A stretch of DNA of 64,000 bases from Holophagaceae bacterium (GTDB lineage Bacteria; Acidobacteriota; Holophagae; Holophagales; Holophagaceae): NCBI GenBank assembly GCA_025361125.1, contig JANYBM010000103.1, positions 15,394-79,393 on the forward strand, given 5' to 3'. The translations under genes were made by a program, and so were the position numbers. The notes under the pieces are model-generated. The model ran no database searches. It was not told where the DNA came from and saw nothing but the letters and a program-made list of their open reading frames with translations. Below are positions 10,372 to 18,458 of the stretch, piece after piece (the first letter of the stretch is position 1; each line of letters opens with the position of its first letter).

Positions 10372-10387
10372 GCACTTAGCTAAGTGC
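10372..10387. repeat. Perfect 16-bp palindrome GCACTTAGCTAAGTGC
   Basis: Read directly from the sequence. It starts 2 nt after the putative -10 hexamer. A second inverted repeat, ATGAACT-N15-AGTTCAT, lies at 10390..10418. Confidence 0.9.
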
Positions 10388-10564
10388 CGATGAACTAGTG
10401 CAAGGAACAGAAGTTCATGGAAACCAGGGGTTTAGGGTCCCACAAGCAGGCCAATCCGCAATGTTTTCCACAGTACATGCGGAAAGGTTGCCAAAAGCCT
10501 TTTACTTCATGTAAGACCGCGCCCACAGGCACTATTCGGGCTTTTTCGATGGGCGAATGGTTGC

Positions 10565-12133
10565 TCAGTCAAGCGAAACGGTGGCAGGGATTTCATCTTT
10601 TGAGATCCATGCATCCATGGTCTCATTCGAGATGCCCAATTTCGCAAGATGCTCAGTGGCCATGCGCATACTTTGTCCTTCGTTGCGGCAAATCAAAAGA
10701 CGGCGTTTCCAGGCATTGATGACCTGATCTTTCAGGCCCACCTCACCTTGGGAGATCCGTTTTTCCAACAGAAATCCTAAATTGTTCGCGGCCTTGCGAT
10801 GATGTGAATCAAGGCCGAGAGCCTTATTGTAAGCTTGGGTGGCCTCTTCAAACCGGTGGGATACTTCCAGAGCCACGCCATGGGCATTCCATACATCTGG
10901 ATCGTCCGGCGCCAAGGTCATGGCTTCCTTCACCATTCGCAACTGGTCTTCGGGACGCTGGGCTTTCCGGGCGCATTCGGACAGCCCAAGGTAGGCGCTA
11001 TATTCACTTGGATCGGCTTCCAGGGCCTTGCAGAAAGTGTGCTCAGCATCTTTCACCGTGCCAGCTTCAAGCAGAATGTAACCCAACTGGACTTGCAGAT
11101 CCGCGGCTTCCGGATCCCGGGCCAGGGCTTCCCGATAGCAGCGCAACGCATCTTCCCAGCGCTCGTCTTCCCGAGCCATTTCACCCAGAGCCGCCCATGG
11201 ATTGGCAGCATTGGGATCGGTATCTGCGGCCATTGTGAAGTATGAAATCGCGCCATCGCGATCACCTAAATCACGCTTGAATTCGCCTAGGAGCGCTTGG
11301 GCTTCTGAGAAAGTGGATGCGGGCGGGGCCAGCAGGATCAACTTGTGCAACTCGGCCTGGGCCATATCAAGTTGACCCTGCTCGCCAAAAACTTCTGCCA
11401 CCAAAAAATAGCTGCTGGGCTCGGTAATGTTCAGGCTCCGGGCTCGGTGGATGCAGCGCATTCCCTCCTGGCTTTCGCCTCGCTGCAACAGGAATTCACC
11501 CAGCGTATGCCAGCCCCAGTAATAGTTTGGATCCAGCTCCAGGGCTGCCAGCGCTTGTGCTTCCGCGGCAGGAAGATCCCCCATCTGCTGGCAAACGATA
11601 CCGAGCATTCGCAAGGTCACTGGGTTTTTCGGCTGTAGGCTCAGAGCCTTCAAGAGGGCTCCCTTTGCCACTTCTGGATGATCCCGATGCAGGGCCAAGA
11701 GGCCTGTCAGTTCGAAAGTCTTCGCATCCTGGTCATCTTTTGCCAGTGCCTTTTCAATAAGGGATTCGGCTTCGTCCAGACGGTCCTCAATGATTCTGAG
11801 AAAAGCAAGATTGCGAAGGGGCAATGCTTCCCCTCGATGTTCATCCCGCACCGCTTCCAATTCTATGGAAAGTCGCTGCAGATCCTCATCGGTGGAATGA
11901 TCGCCTTCACACATGATCCGCTCGAACCAAGCCTCCCCATGTGCCCTTTCTTCAGCCAAAATCCCATCCAGAACTTCGGCGGCTTCGACGTGCAGGCTGC
12001 GTGAATTGAGGGCCTTTGCATAGCGCAGCCTAGACACGACATCCGGGCCGAGAGAGGCCCTTAACGTGAATAATTCAGGATCGAGCAGACGGAGCCAGGG
12101 ACGCGCCATGGGATACCTCGTAGGTGCAGCCAT
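10565..12133 (-). CDS. Tetratricopeptide (TPR) repeat protein
   Basis: 522-aa ORF with many 34-residue A/L/Y/G-pattern repeats (for example ...ALELDPNYYWGWHTLGEFLLQRG..., ...ALARDPEAADLQVQLGYILLEAG...). Confidence 0.75.
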   Translation of the reverse strand: MAAPTRYPMARPWLRLLDPELFTLRASLGPDVVSRLRYAKALNSRSLHVEAAEVLDGILAEERAHGEAWFERIMCEGDHSTDEDLQRLSIELEAVRDEHRGEALPLRNLAFLRIIEDRLDEAESLIEKALAKDDQDAKTFELTGLLALHRDHPEVAKGALLKALSLQPKNPVTLRMLGIVCQQMGDLPAAEAQALAALELDPNYYWGWHTLGEFLLQRGESQEGMRCIHRARSLNITEPSSYFLVAEVFGEQGQLDMAQAELHKLILLAPPASTFSEAQALLGEFKRDLGDRDGAISYFTMAADTDPNAANPWAALGEMAREDERWEDALRCYREALARDPEAADLQVQLGYILLEAGTVKDAEHTFCKALEADPSEYSAYLGLSECARKAQRPEDQLRMVKEAMTLAPDDPDVWNAHGVALEVSHRFEEATQAYNKALGLDSHHRKAANNLGFLLEKRISQGEVGLKDQVINAWKRRLLICRNEGQSMRMATEHLAKLGISNETMDAWISKDEIPATVSLD

Positions 12134-12151
12134 AGGTTAGCACCGCGGGCA

Positions 12152-13087
12152 TCATTCAGATGCGCCAAACGCCTTGGCTATTCCATTGCAGAGCAGGCTG
12201 GACATGGCTGTTCTGGTTTCCACGGTGGCAGAACCCAGATGTGGCAACAAAACGGTCCGAGGCGCTGAAGCCCATTTGGGATTCAGGTGGGGCTCATTCG
12301 CATAAACATCGAGGCCCACACCGCCGAGCTGATTCGTTTCCAGCAAGTCAATGACGGCTGCTTCGTCCAGGATGCCACCCCTTGCGGTGTTGATGATCAC
12401 CGCTCCCTTGGGGAGCCTCAGCAGTGCATTTCGGTCCAGCAGTCCCCTTGTGGCCTCTGTAAGAGGGCAGTGGAGTGATAACACGATGCTTTGTTGCAGC
12501 ATTTCAAGCAATGGCAATCTGGGCGCGGATCCAGCGCCGAAATCCACGGTGCCGCCACGACTCTCCCGGTCCCAGAACAGCGGCTTCATTCCCGAGGCCC
12601 AAACGCGCTTGGCAAAGCCTTTTCCGATGGGTCCTGAGCCCAGGATTCCACAGAATTTACCCGTAAGGCTGGTCCCCAGAAGTTGCTCTGGCCCCCAGCC
12701 GTTCCAGGTTCCAGATCGCACCAGGGCATCACCTTCGGCAATTCTCCGGGTCACTGCAAGCAGCAGCGCCAAGGCGAGGTCGGCGGTGGCATCCGTCAGT
12801 ACTTCTGGCGTATTGACGATGGTGATTCCTTTAGCTGCACATTCTGAAACCGGCAGATGATTCACGCCTACTGAATAGGTTCCGATGACCTTGAGGTTTG
12901 GCGCGGACTGGAGATCGGAATCAGTTATCGTCTCGGAGAGCATGACTACAAGGGCTTCCGCCGAGATTAGTGCCGCGTTCCACTCAGGTGACCGGAAGGA
13001 AGCAACGAGCAATTCAGGAAAAGAGTTGCCCAAAGCTTGAAGTGACTCTCCAACCAAAGGTGAAGTTGAAAGAAGGCGGACGCTCAT
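12152..13087 (-). CDS. D-isomer-specific 2-hydroxyacid dehydrogenase (glyoxylate/hydroxypyruvate reductase-like)
   Basis: NAD-binding motif GILGSGPIGKGFAKR. Catalytic region ...INTARGGILDE... and ...LLPHLGSAT. The start overlaps the ruvA stop by 4 nt. Confidence 0.85.
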   Translation of the reverse strand: MSVRLLSTSPLVGESLQALGNSFPELLVASFRSPEWNAALISAEALVVMLSETITDSDLQSAPNLKVIGTYSVGVNHLPVSECAAKGITIVNTPEVLTDATADLALALLLAVTRRIAEGDALVRSGTWNGWGPEQLLGTSLTGKFCGILGSGPIGKGFAKRVWASGMKPLFWDRESRGGTVDFGAGSAPRLPLLEMLQQSIVLSLHCPLTEATRGLLDRNALLRLPKGAVIINTARGGILDEAAVIDLLETNQLGGVGLDVYANEPHLNPKWASAPRTVLLPHLGSATVETRTAMSSLLCNGIAKAFGASE

Positions 13088-13674
13088 CGCTGAAGGGCTC
13101 TCAGCGCCATGCGGATCGCCTCTGGCAGTGGCGGTCTGGTGGCGCGCAATTCAATGACGGCAGGCATCACCGTGTCTTCCTTGAACCCTAGATTGGTCAA
13201 AGCCGAGCGAAGATCCGACTCCCATGCGTCGCCTGGCGCCGCGGCACCACCCAATCCATCGAGACCAGAGAGTCCGCCCATTTTTTCACTCAGTTCGAAA
13301 CAGAGCTTTTCAGCTGTTTTTTTGCCGACCCCAGGGATGTGCACCAGGAGTTTCACGTCCCGGTTACGAATGGCCTGGATCAGTTCGGACATCGGTAATG
13401 CGCCCAGGGCCGCCAACGCTAGCTTTGGGCCTACGCCATCGACTTTGACGAGCATTCGATAGAGGTCCCGTTCTGAAAGGGAATAGAAACCCAGCAGGGA
13501 AAGCTCGTTCTCCCGTAGCAGCATTTCAATCCACAGTGTGGCCTCATGTCCCACCTCCGGCAGCAATCCGTAGGTGCCCAAGCTGATGGCCGCGGAATAG
13601 CCCACGCCCGCGCACTCGACGAGGGCCTGGTTAGGCAGCTTCTGGATCAATTCTCCGCGCAATCGTCCGATCAT
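13084..13674 (-). CDS. ruvA: Holliday junction branch migration complex subunit RuvA
   Basis: MIGRLRGELIQKLPNQALVECAGVGYSAAISLGTY... plus the helix-hairpin-helix IPGVGKKTAEKL. Start taken at the internal ATG at 13674; the TTG-extended ORF (to 13707) runs into the repeat. Confidence 0.9.
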   Translation of the reverse strand: MIGRLRGELIQKLPNQALVECAGVGYSAAISLGTYGLLPEVGHEATLWIEMLLRENELSLLGFYSLSERDLYRMLVKVDGVGPKLALAALGALPMSELIQAIRNRDVKLLVHIPGVGKKTAEKLCFELSEKMGGLSGLDGLGGAAAPGDAWESDLRSALTNLGFKEDTVMPAVIELRATRPPLPEAIRMALRALQR

Positions 13675-13688
13675 GAAGCCAGCATAAC

Positions 13689-13764
13689 GCGAGGTCGTCC
13701 CACGCAAGACAACGGCGGCCCGAAGACCGCCGTAAAGTGAAAATTTGGTGGACCCGATCAGGAT
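13689..13764. repeat. Direct repeat copy 1 (76 bp): pseudo-3'-end of tRNA-Ala plus downstream UUCG hairpin
   Basis: 75 of 76 positions identical to 13867..13942 (single mismatch 13705 c versus 13883 g), checked base by base. Lies 15 nt upstream of the ruvA ATG. Confidence 0.95.
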
Positions 13765-13866
13765 GGAGGTTCACGCGACGGCGGGCGGAGCGCAGCGAGC
13801 ACCGGCGGCAACGAGGCCGCACCAGGCGGCCTTGTTGAGCAGGATGACGACCGACATTAATAATTG

Positions 13867-13942
13867 GCGAGGTCGTCCCACGGAAGACAACGGCGGCCCG
13901 AAGACCGCCGTAAAGTGAAAATTTGGTGGACCCGATCAGGAT
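13867..13942. repeat. Direct repeat copy 2 (76 bp): true 3' 19 nt of tRNA-Ala plus 57 nt downstream
   Basis: See copy 1. Positions 13924..13942 are the 3' acceptor/T-arm strand and CCA of the intact tRNA. Confidence 0.95.
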
Positions 13943-13999
13943 CGAACTGACGACCTCCTCATTGCGAACGAGGCGCTCTCCCAGCTGAGCTACGGGCCC
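13924..13999 (-). tRNA. tRNA-Ala (anticodon CGC)
   Basis: Reverse complement GGGCCCGTAGCTCAGCTGGGAGAGCGCCTCGTTCGCAATGAGGAGGTCGTCAGTTCGATCCTGATCGGGTCCACCA folds as a cloverleaf. Anticodon loop is TTCGCAA, the G3:U70 alanine identity pair is present, GTTCGATCC forms the T-arm, and CCA is encoded. Confidence 0.95.
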
Positions 14000-14098
14000 T
14001 AGGAAGCACTAGTCTATCGGAAGCGCTGTGCTACTCCAAGGGCGGATTCACGGGCGCGGACGTTGACCTGGGATGAATCGGAACCGACACTGCTCCCT

Positions 14099-14545
14099 AT
14101 GATGCTTTCTTTTGCGACAGCCTTCGCCTTCCTTACCTTTGCAGCAGAGGGAAGACCACAGCAGGGTGTTCAGGTGAGCCCATTCCAGGTGCCGGTCTTC
14201 CAGTTGGACCAGCCGAACTGGCAGCCCTGGGAAAGCTCTTTTGAAAAAGTCTCAAAGCGCAAGCCCCGAATGTCGCGAGGCCCCCAAGTGCCTTCCGCCA
14301 CCGTTGAAGTCGTGGAGTCCTCGGATTTGGAGCGCCATCAGCGCTTGTTTGAATTCATGGCCTGCAGCGCACCCTTGCTGAGAACTTCTTACGATGTCGG
14401 CTATGCGTTCCGGACCAACGTGCAGATGCTCAGCGAATTCATGGCGCAGGACCCTTCACATCCCCATCCGCCCTCAGTCCCGTCGGTCTTCTACAACAAT
14501 TTCAAGCCGCCTCCGGAGAATCCGGCCCTGGTAGATCGGCACTGA
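14099..14545 (+). CDS. Hypothetical secreted protein
   Basis: The internal ATG gives MMLSFATAFAFLTFAAEG, which looks like a signal peptide. No recognisable domain. Followed by a strong terminator. Confidence 0.45.
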   Translation: MMLSFATAFAFLTFAAEGRPQQGVQVSPFQVPVFQLDQPNWQPWESSFEKVSKRKPRMSRGPQVPSATVEVVESSDLERHQRLFEFMACSAPLLRTSYDVGYAFRTNVQMLSEFMAQDPSHPHPPSVPSVFYNNFKPPPENPALVDRH

Positions 14546-14557
14546 TTGAAAAACAGT

Positions 14558-14584
14558 AAAAAGCCGCCCCTTTGGCGGCTTTTC
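14558..14584. terminator. Bidirectional rho-independent terminator between convergent genes
   Basis: AAAAAGCCGCC-ccttt-GGCGGCTTTT: a 7-bp GC stem flanked by an A-run and a T-run. Lies between the stop at 14545 (+) and the korB stop at 14602 (-). Confidence 0.8.
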
Positions 14585-14601
14585 AACGGGTTAGAGAAGA
14601 C

Positions 14602-15639
14602 CTACATCAGCTCGGCCATGCACTTTGCCAGGATGTCCTTACCCGGTTTCAGCGCAGCCTGGGTGAGGTGTACCAGGGGCGTGTCTGAAATGTGGGTGGT
14701 GGCGTGAATATTTGGCTTCTCTGTGTTGATGTAAAGAAGACCTGTCAGGAATTCACCCTTTTCAGCGCCTTCATGAAGGATCTTCATGGCGCCGAAGCGG
14801 TCCGTCGGATCGTAGTCGTTCCGTAGAGCGCGGAACATCACCTTCGACCCATCAGGGAAGGTGACGGATTTGCTTTCTCCCGCTGGGATATCCACTTGCT
14901 CCAGTTCGCTGAACTGTACGAAGCCCAACTCCTCGAGGGGGAAGTCGTGGTCTTTCACGTTCTTGTAGGAACGTGTGGAACTGTCATGGTTGTTGAAAGT
15001 GACGCAGGGGCTGATGACATCAATGATGCAGGTGCCGTTGTGCACCATGGCGGCTTTCAGGATGGTATTCAACTGTTTTGGATCACCGCTGAAGGATCGC
15101 GCGACGAAGCCGCAGCCCAGTTCAAGAGCCAGCGTGCAGGGGTCAATGGGGGGAAGTTCGTTGACGGAGCCGTGCTTCAACACGGAGCCGAGATCCGCGG
15201 TGGCTGAGAATTGGCCCTTGGTCAGACCATAGACACCGTTGTCCTCGATGATGTAGATGATGGGGACATTTCGCCGGATGGTGTGCATGAACTGGCCGAT
15301 GCCGATGGACATGGAATCGCCGTCACCAGAAATTCCGATGTTGATCAGCTCTCGATTGGCCAAAGCAGCGCCTGTAGCGACGCTGGGCATGCGGCCGTGG
15401 ACGCTGTTGAACCCCCAAGCCTGATTGAAGAAGTAGGTCGGAGTTTTCGATGAACAGCCAATGCCGGACATCTTGGCAACCTTATACGCCTCGATGTTCA
15501 TCTCAAAAGCGGCATTGATGAGTTGACCCGTGATGCTGTCGTGGCCGCAGCCGGCGCAAAGTGTGGATTTGCTGCCCACATAATCTTGTTTGGTGAGTCC
15601 GAGCCTGTTGGTGGGAATCAAAGGTGCTGTGGTGGTCAT
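14602..15639 (-). CDS. korB: 2-oxoacid:ferredoxin oxidoreductase, beta subunit (TPP-binding)
   Basis: CAGCGHDSI cysteine region and TPP motif GISGDGDSMSIGIGQFMHTIRRN. Start at the internal ATG at 15639, preceded by AAGGAG, 10 nt after the korA stop. Confidence 0.85.
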   Translation of the reverse strand: MTTTAPLIPTNRLGLTKQDYVGSKSTLCAGCGHDSITGQLINAAFEMNIEAYKVAKMSGIGCSSKTPTYFFNQAWGFNSVHGRMPSVATGAALANRELINIGISGDGDSMSIGIGQFMHTIRRNVPIIYIIEDNGVYGLTKGQFSATADLGSVLKHGSVNELPPIDPCTLALELGCGFVARSFSGDPKQLNTILKAAMVHNGTCIIDVISPCVTFNNHDSSTRSYKNVKDHDFPLEELGFVQFSELEQVDIPAGESKSVTFPDGSKVMFRALRNDYDPTDRFGAMKILHEGAEKGEFLTGLLYINTEKPNIHATTHISDTPLVHLTQAALKPGKDILAKCMAELM

Positions 15640-15649
15640 CTCGGTCTCC

Positions 15650-17470
15650 TTATTTCTCGAACGCGTTGATTTGGTCAATGATGGTCTGCGCGTCGATTGC
15701 CAGGCCGTCGTAATGCAGCACTGATTTAAATTTCATCGCGGCCTCAGGATAAAATTCACGCAGCAGGGCTTTCATCTGGGCATCACGGTTCTGCTCGACC
15801 ACGTAAATCACGTCTGATTCATTAATGAAAGCGTCAACTTCCGCCGTGAAGGGAAGGGCCCGCAGGCGAAGGTAATCCGTCTTTTTCTGGAAGGAATCCA
15901 CCAGTACATCACGTGCCTCCATGACCGCCGAATCACTAGACCCGAAGGCAAGTACGCCTCGCTTGGAACCGGTGTCATCTACGATGGGTTTGGGGACGTA
16001 GCTTTTGGCTGTTTCATACTTGGCCCGCAACCGGTCCATCAGGTCCGTGTAATCTTTTGGTTTTTCGGTGTATTGGGCATAAGCGTTGTGGCCTGATCCA
16101 CGGGTAAAGTAGGCACCCTTGCCGCCGGGAGTCCCAGGCATCGTACGGTAAGTGATGCCGTCGCCATCCACATCTTTATAACGGCCCCAATCCTTCATCT
16201 CGGCCAGTTCCTGCTCGCCCAGAACCTTGCCCCGGTCAAAGTCGCCTTCGGGGTAGTCAAAGGGTTTGGACATCCAGTTCTGCATGCCCAGGTCAAGATC
16301 AGTGACGACGAAAATCGGTGTCTGGAAGCGTTCGGCAAGATCAAAGCTCGCATAGGCGAAGTCGAAACACTCGGCCATGTTCCCAGGGTAGAGGTTGATG
16401 TGCTGAGTGTCCCCGTGGCTGCACTTGGCGCATAACTCGATGTCACCCTGCATGGTTCGCGTGGGTAGCCCTGTTGAGGGTCCGGTACGCGCCACATTGA
16501 AGAAGACACCAGGGGTCTCCGTGAAGTAGCCGAGTCCAATGAATTCACTCATCAGGGAGATGCCTGGGCCTGAAGTAGCGGTCATCGAACGTGCACCGGC
16601 CCAGCCAGCGCCCAGAACCAAGCCAGCAGAAGCTAGTTCATCCTCCATCTGCACATGAGCAACCGTGAGTTTGCCATTTTCATCCCGGCGATACTCCTCG
16701 GCGTAGTCGATGAGGGATTCCACAAGGGATGAGGATGGTGTGATGGGATACCAGCCGACCACCTGGACGCCAGCGAACATCGCGCCGAGCGCGCAGGCCG
16801 CGTTGCCATCAATGATGATGTTGCCTTTGGTCTTATTCTCCGCCACCACCCTGAGGCGATTCTGCGGGGGCATATTTTCCGCGGCCCAAGCGAAGCCAGC
16901 ATCAACGGCGGCCTGATTGATCTCAATGGCTTTCTGCTTGCCATTGAGCTGCTTCGAAATGGCAAGTTTTGATTCGTTCATATCGAGGCCGAGCATCTGC
17001 CCAGCGACACCCACATAGATCATGTTCTTGACCAGCTTGTGGAGCTTCGGTTCGGGACAGCTTGCAGTGACGAGTTTTTGGAAGGGCACTGGGTAATAAA
17101 TGAGATCGTCGCGCAGGGTGTTGAGTTTCAAGGGCTCATCGTAGATAACAATGGCGTGGGGCGAGAGCTTGAGGACGTCATCTTTGGCAGTCTCTGGGTT
17201 CATGCAGATCATAAGATCCACGATGGCCTTGCGGGCCACATAGCCTTTCGTATTGGCGCGGATCTGGAACCAGGTGGGCAAGCCAGCAATGTTGCTCGGA
17301 AAAAGGTTTTTCCCACTCACTGGCACACCCATTTGGAAGATGGTGCGCATCAGAACGCTGTTGGCGGTCTGGGATCCAGAGCCGTTCACGGTCCCGATCT
17401 CTATGGAAAAATCGTTCACGAGCATTTTCGTGTCCTGGACAGACGATTCGTTTGCGAGCGCGGTGGACAT
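15650..17470 (-). CDS. korA: 2-oxoacid:ferredoxin oxidoreductase, alpha subunit (fused gamma-alpha type)
   Basis: An N-terminal gamma-like module (GTVNGSGSQTANSVLMR) is followed by the pyruvate:flavodoxin/ferredoxin oxidoreductase core (GWYPITPSS...). Roughly 600 aa, immediately upstream of korB. Confidence 0.85.
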   Translation of the reverse strand: MSTALANESSVQDTKMLVNDFSIEIGTVNGSGSQTANSVLMRTIFQMGVPVSGKNLFPSNIAGLPTWFQIRANTKGYVARKAIVDLMICMNPETAKDDVLKLSPHAIVIYDEPLKLNTLRDDLIYYPVPFQKLVTASCPEPKLHKLVKNMIYVGVAGQMLGLDMNESKLAISKQLNGKQKAIEINQAAVDAGFAWAAENMPPQNRLRVVAENKTKGNIIIDGNAACALGAMFAGVQVVGWYPITPSSSLVESLIDYAEEYRRDENGKLTVAHVQMEDELASAGLVLGAGWAGARSMTATSGPGISLMSEFIGLGYFTETPGVFFNVARTGPSTGLPTRTMQGDIELCAKCSHGDTQHINLYPGNMAECFDFAYASFDLAERFQTPIFVVTDLDLGMQNWMSKPFDYPEGDFDRGKVLGEQELAEMKDWGRYKDVDGDGITYRTMPGTPGGKGAYFTRGSGHNAYAQYTEKPKDYTDLMDRLRAKYETAKSYVPKPIVDDTGSKRGVLAFGSSDSAVMEARDVLVDSFQKKTDYLRLRALPFTAEVDAFINESDVIYVVEQNRDAQMKALLREFYPEAAMKFKSVLHYDGLAIDAQTIIDQINAFEK

Positions 17471-17636
17471 AGCCCCTTTTCCCCTTATCAAAGCTCGTGG
17501 CGCAAACCGGTACTTGATTTAAGAGCCGAGCGCGTAGCGAGCAACAGTCTTTAAGTATAGGACGGGTGCCCCGTTGTTCCGAGCCTGGATTCTGAACATG
17601 AGACGAGGTCCTAGAAAAAAAACGAAAAAAAAGGGA

Positions 17637-17665
17637 TTGACCGAATACAATCTCCTCCCTATCTT
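17637..17665 (+). promoter_or_regulatory. Putative lexA promoter TTGACC-N17-TATCTT, with an upstream A-tract
   Basis: TTGACC at 17637..17642, a 17-nt spacer, and TATCTT at 17660..17665. The lexA ATG is at 17672, only 6 nt after the -10. An A-rich tract (17614..17632) lies upstream. The inverted repeat GATTG-N8-CAATC (17635..17652) overlaps the -35. Confidence 0.4.
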
Positions 17666-17671
17666 GAAGGC

Positions 17672-18448
17672 ATGACCTCGACCGATCTGACCAAACGCCA
17701 ACTCGCAGTATTGCGATTCATCCGTGCTTTCGTCACCGCCGAAGGACGGAGCCCTACCTTGTCCGAGATCGGAAAGGGGGTTGGGTCTAGTGCTGTAAGC
17801 ACTATTCACAAGCATGTTCAGCACCTTATTGATAAGGGATTCCTGGGCCGTAGCCATGGCAAAGGTAACAATATTGTCCTCCTCGATAAGGTCCCTGCAT
17901 CGTCTGGTTCGTCTAGATTCTCTAGATTTTCTAAGTCACGGATGGATTCCGAGGCCTTGGAAGGGGAGCATGGGGAGCATGGAACTCAGGGGGATGATTT
18001 CCTTGAAGGTGGCGAAGACGAAGGAAATCAATCCAAATCACTTGGCACCGCTAAGCGCCTGGTCCCAGCGAGAATCTTACCTTTTTGTGGTGATGTTGCC
18101 GCGGGCGCGCCACTCATTCCCGAGACCAGAGCCCTTCCCGTAGAAGTGCCGAATTCCATCCACCGCGAACGGGACGATCTGTTCGTGCTGCGAGTCCGGG
18201 GCGATTCCATGATTAGTGATGCCATCCTGGATGGAGATTTGGTAGTGCTGCAACGCAAGGCGGAAGTTCGCAACGGTGAGCGAGTGGTGGCTCTTATTGA
18301 TGGTGAAGAAGCCACACTGAAGGAATATCGCAAAGATAAACAGGGCGTCTGGCTCATCCCCCACAATCCGGAACTCAAACCGACTTGCTACGAGCCCAGT
18401 CGAATCAATCTCCAGGGCGTGCTTGTGGGCGTGATGCGAAGCTGCTGA
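17672..18448 (+). CDS. lexA: LexA repressor (S24 peptidase) with unusually long linker
   Basis: N-terminal winged helix LTKRQLAVLRFIRAFVTAEGRSPTLSEIGKGVG...HVQHLIDKGFL, cleavage site VAAGAP, catalytic Ser in RVRGDSMI and Lys in EATLKEY. Confidence 0.85.
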   Translation: MTSTDLTKRQLAVLRFIRAFVTAEGRSPTLSEIGKGVGSSAVSTIHKHVQHLIDKGFLGRSHGKGNNIVLLDKVPASSGSSRFSRFSKSRMDSEALEGEHGEHGTQGDDFLEGGEDEGNQSKSLGTAKRLVPARILPFCGDVAAGAPLIPETRALPVEVPNSIHRERDDLFVLRVRGDSMISDAILDGDLVVLQRKAEVRNGERVVALIDGEEATLKEYRKDKQGVWLIPHNPELKPTCYEPSRINLQGVLVGVMRSC

Positions 18449-18458
18449 ACCCAGAACC

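Noticed and set aside
10420-10460. Possible SRP (4.5S) RNA because of CCAGG...AGGGTCCCACAAGCAGGCC
   Set aside because: It lacks the conserved GGAA tetraloop and the symmetric-loop sequence (GUCCGGAAGGAAGCAGCC) of SRP domain IV. The resemblance is only a few nucleotides.
10417-10719. 100-aa plus-strand ORF starting in the AT-rich island
   Set aside because: Two thirds of it run antisense into the 3' end of the TPR gene. Its composition is odd (Cys/Gln/Lys-rich) and it has no RBS. The island is better treated as possible non-coding RNA or regulatory DNA.
13771-13857. 28-codon ORF (MSVVILLNKAAWCGLVAAGARCAPPAVA) inside the spacer between the tRNA-Ala repeats
   Set aside because: It has no Shine-Dalgarno, is very short, and sits in GC-rich DNA where open frames are common. 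It is mentioned in the finding but not annotated as a gene. The overlapping track ORF 13631..13822 was rejected for the same reasons.
13924-13999. Genomic island or prophage integrated at any of the three tRNA genes
   Set aside because: No integrase, excisionase, transposase or phage-like ORF flanks tRNA-Ala, tRNA-Leu(CAG) or tRNA-Leu(GAG). Only the short 76-bp duplication at tRNA-Ala remains, and it is reported separately.
17560-17600. GTTC-N14-GAAC and ACGGG-TGC-CCCGT elements upstream of lexA as SOS boxes
   Set aside because: The spacing does not fit any LexA-box class I know, and the elements lie about 70-110 nt upstream of the promoter, closer to korA. The palindrome overlapping the -35 is the better candidate.
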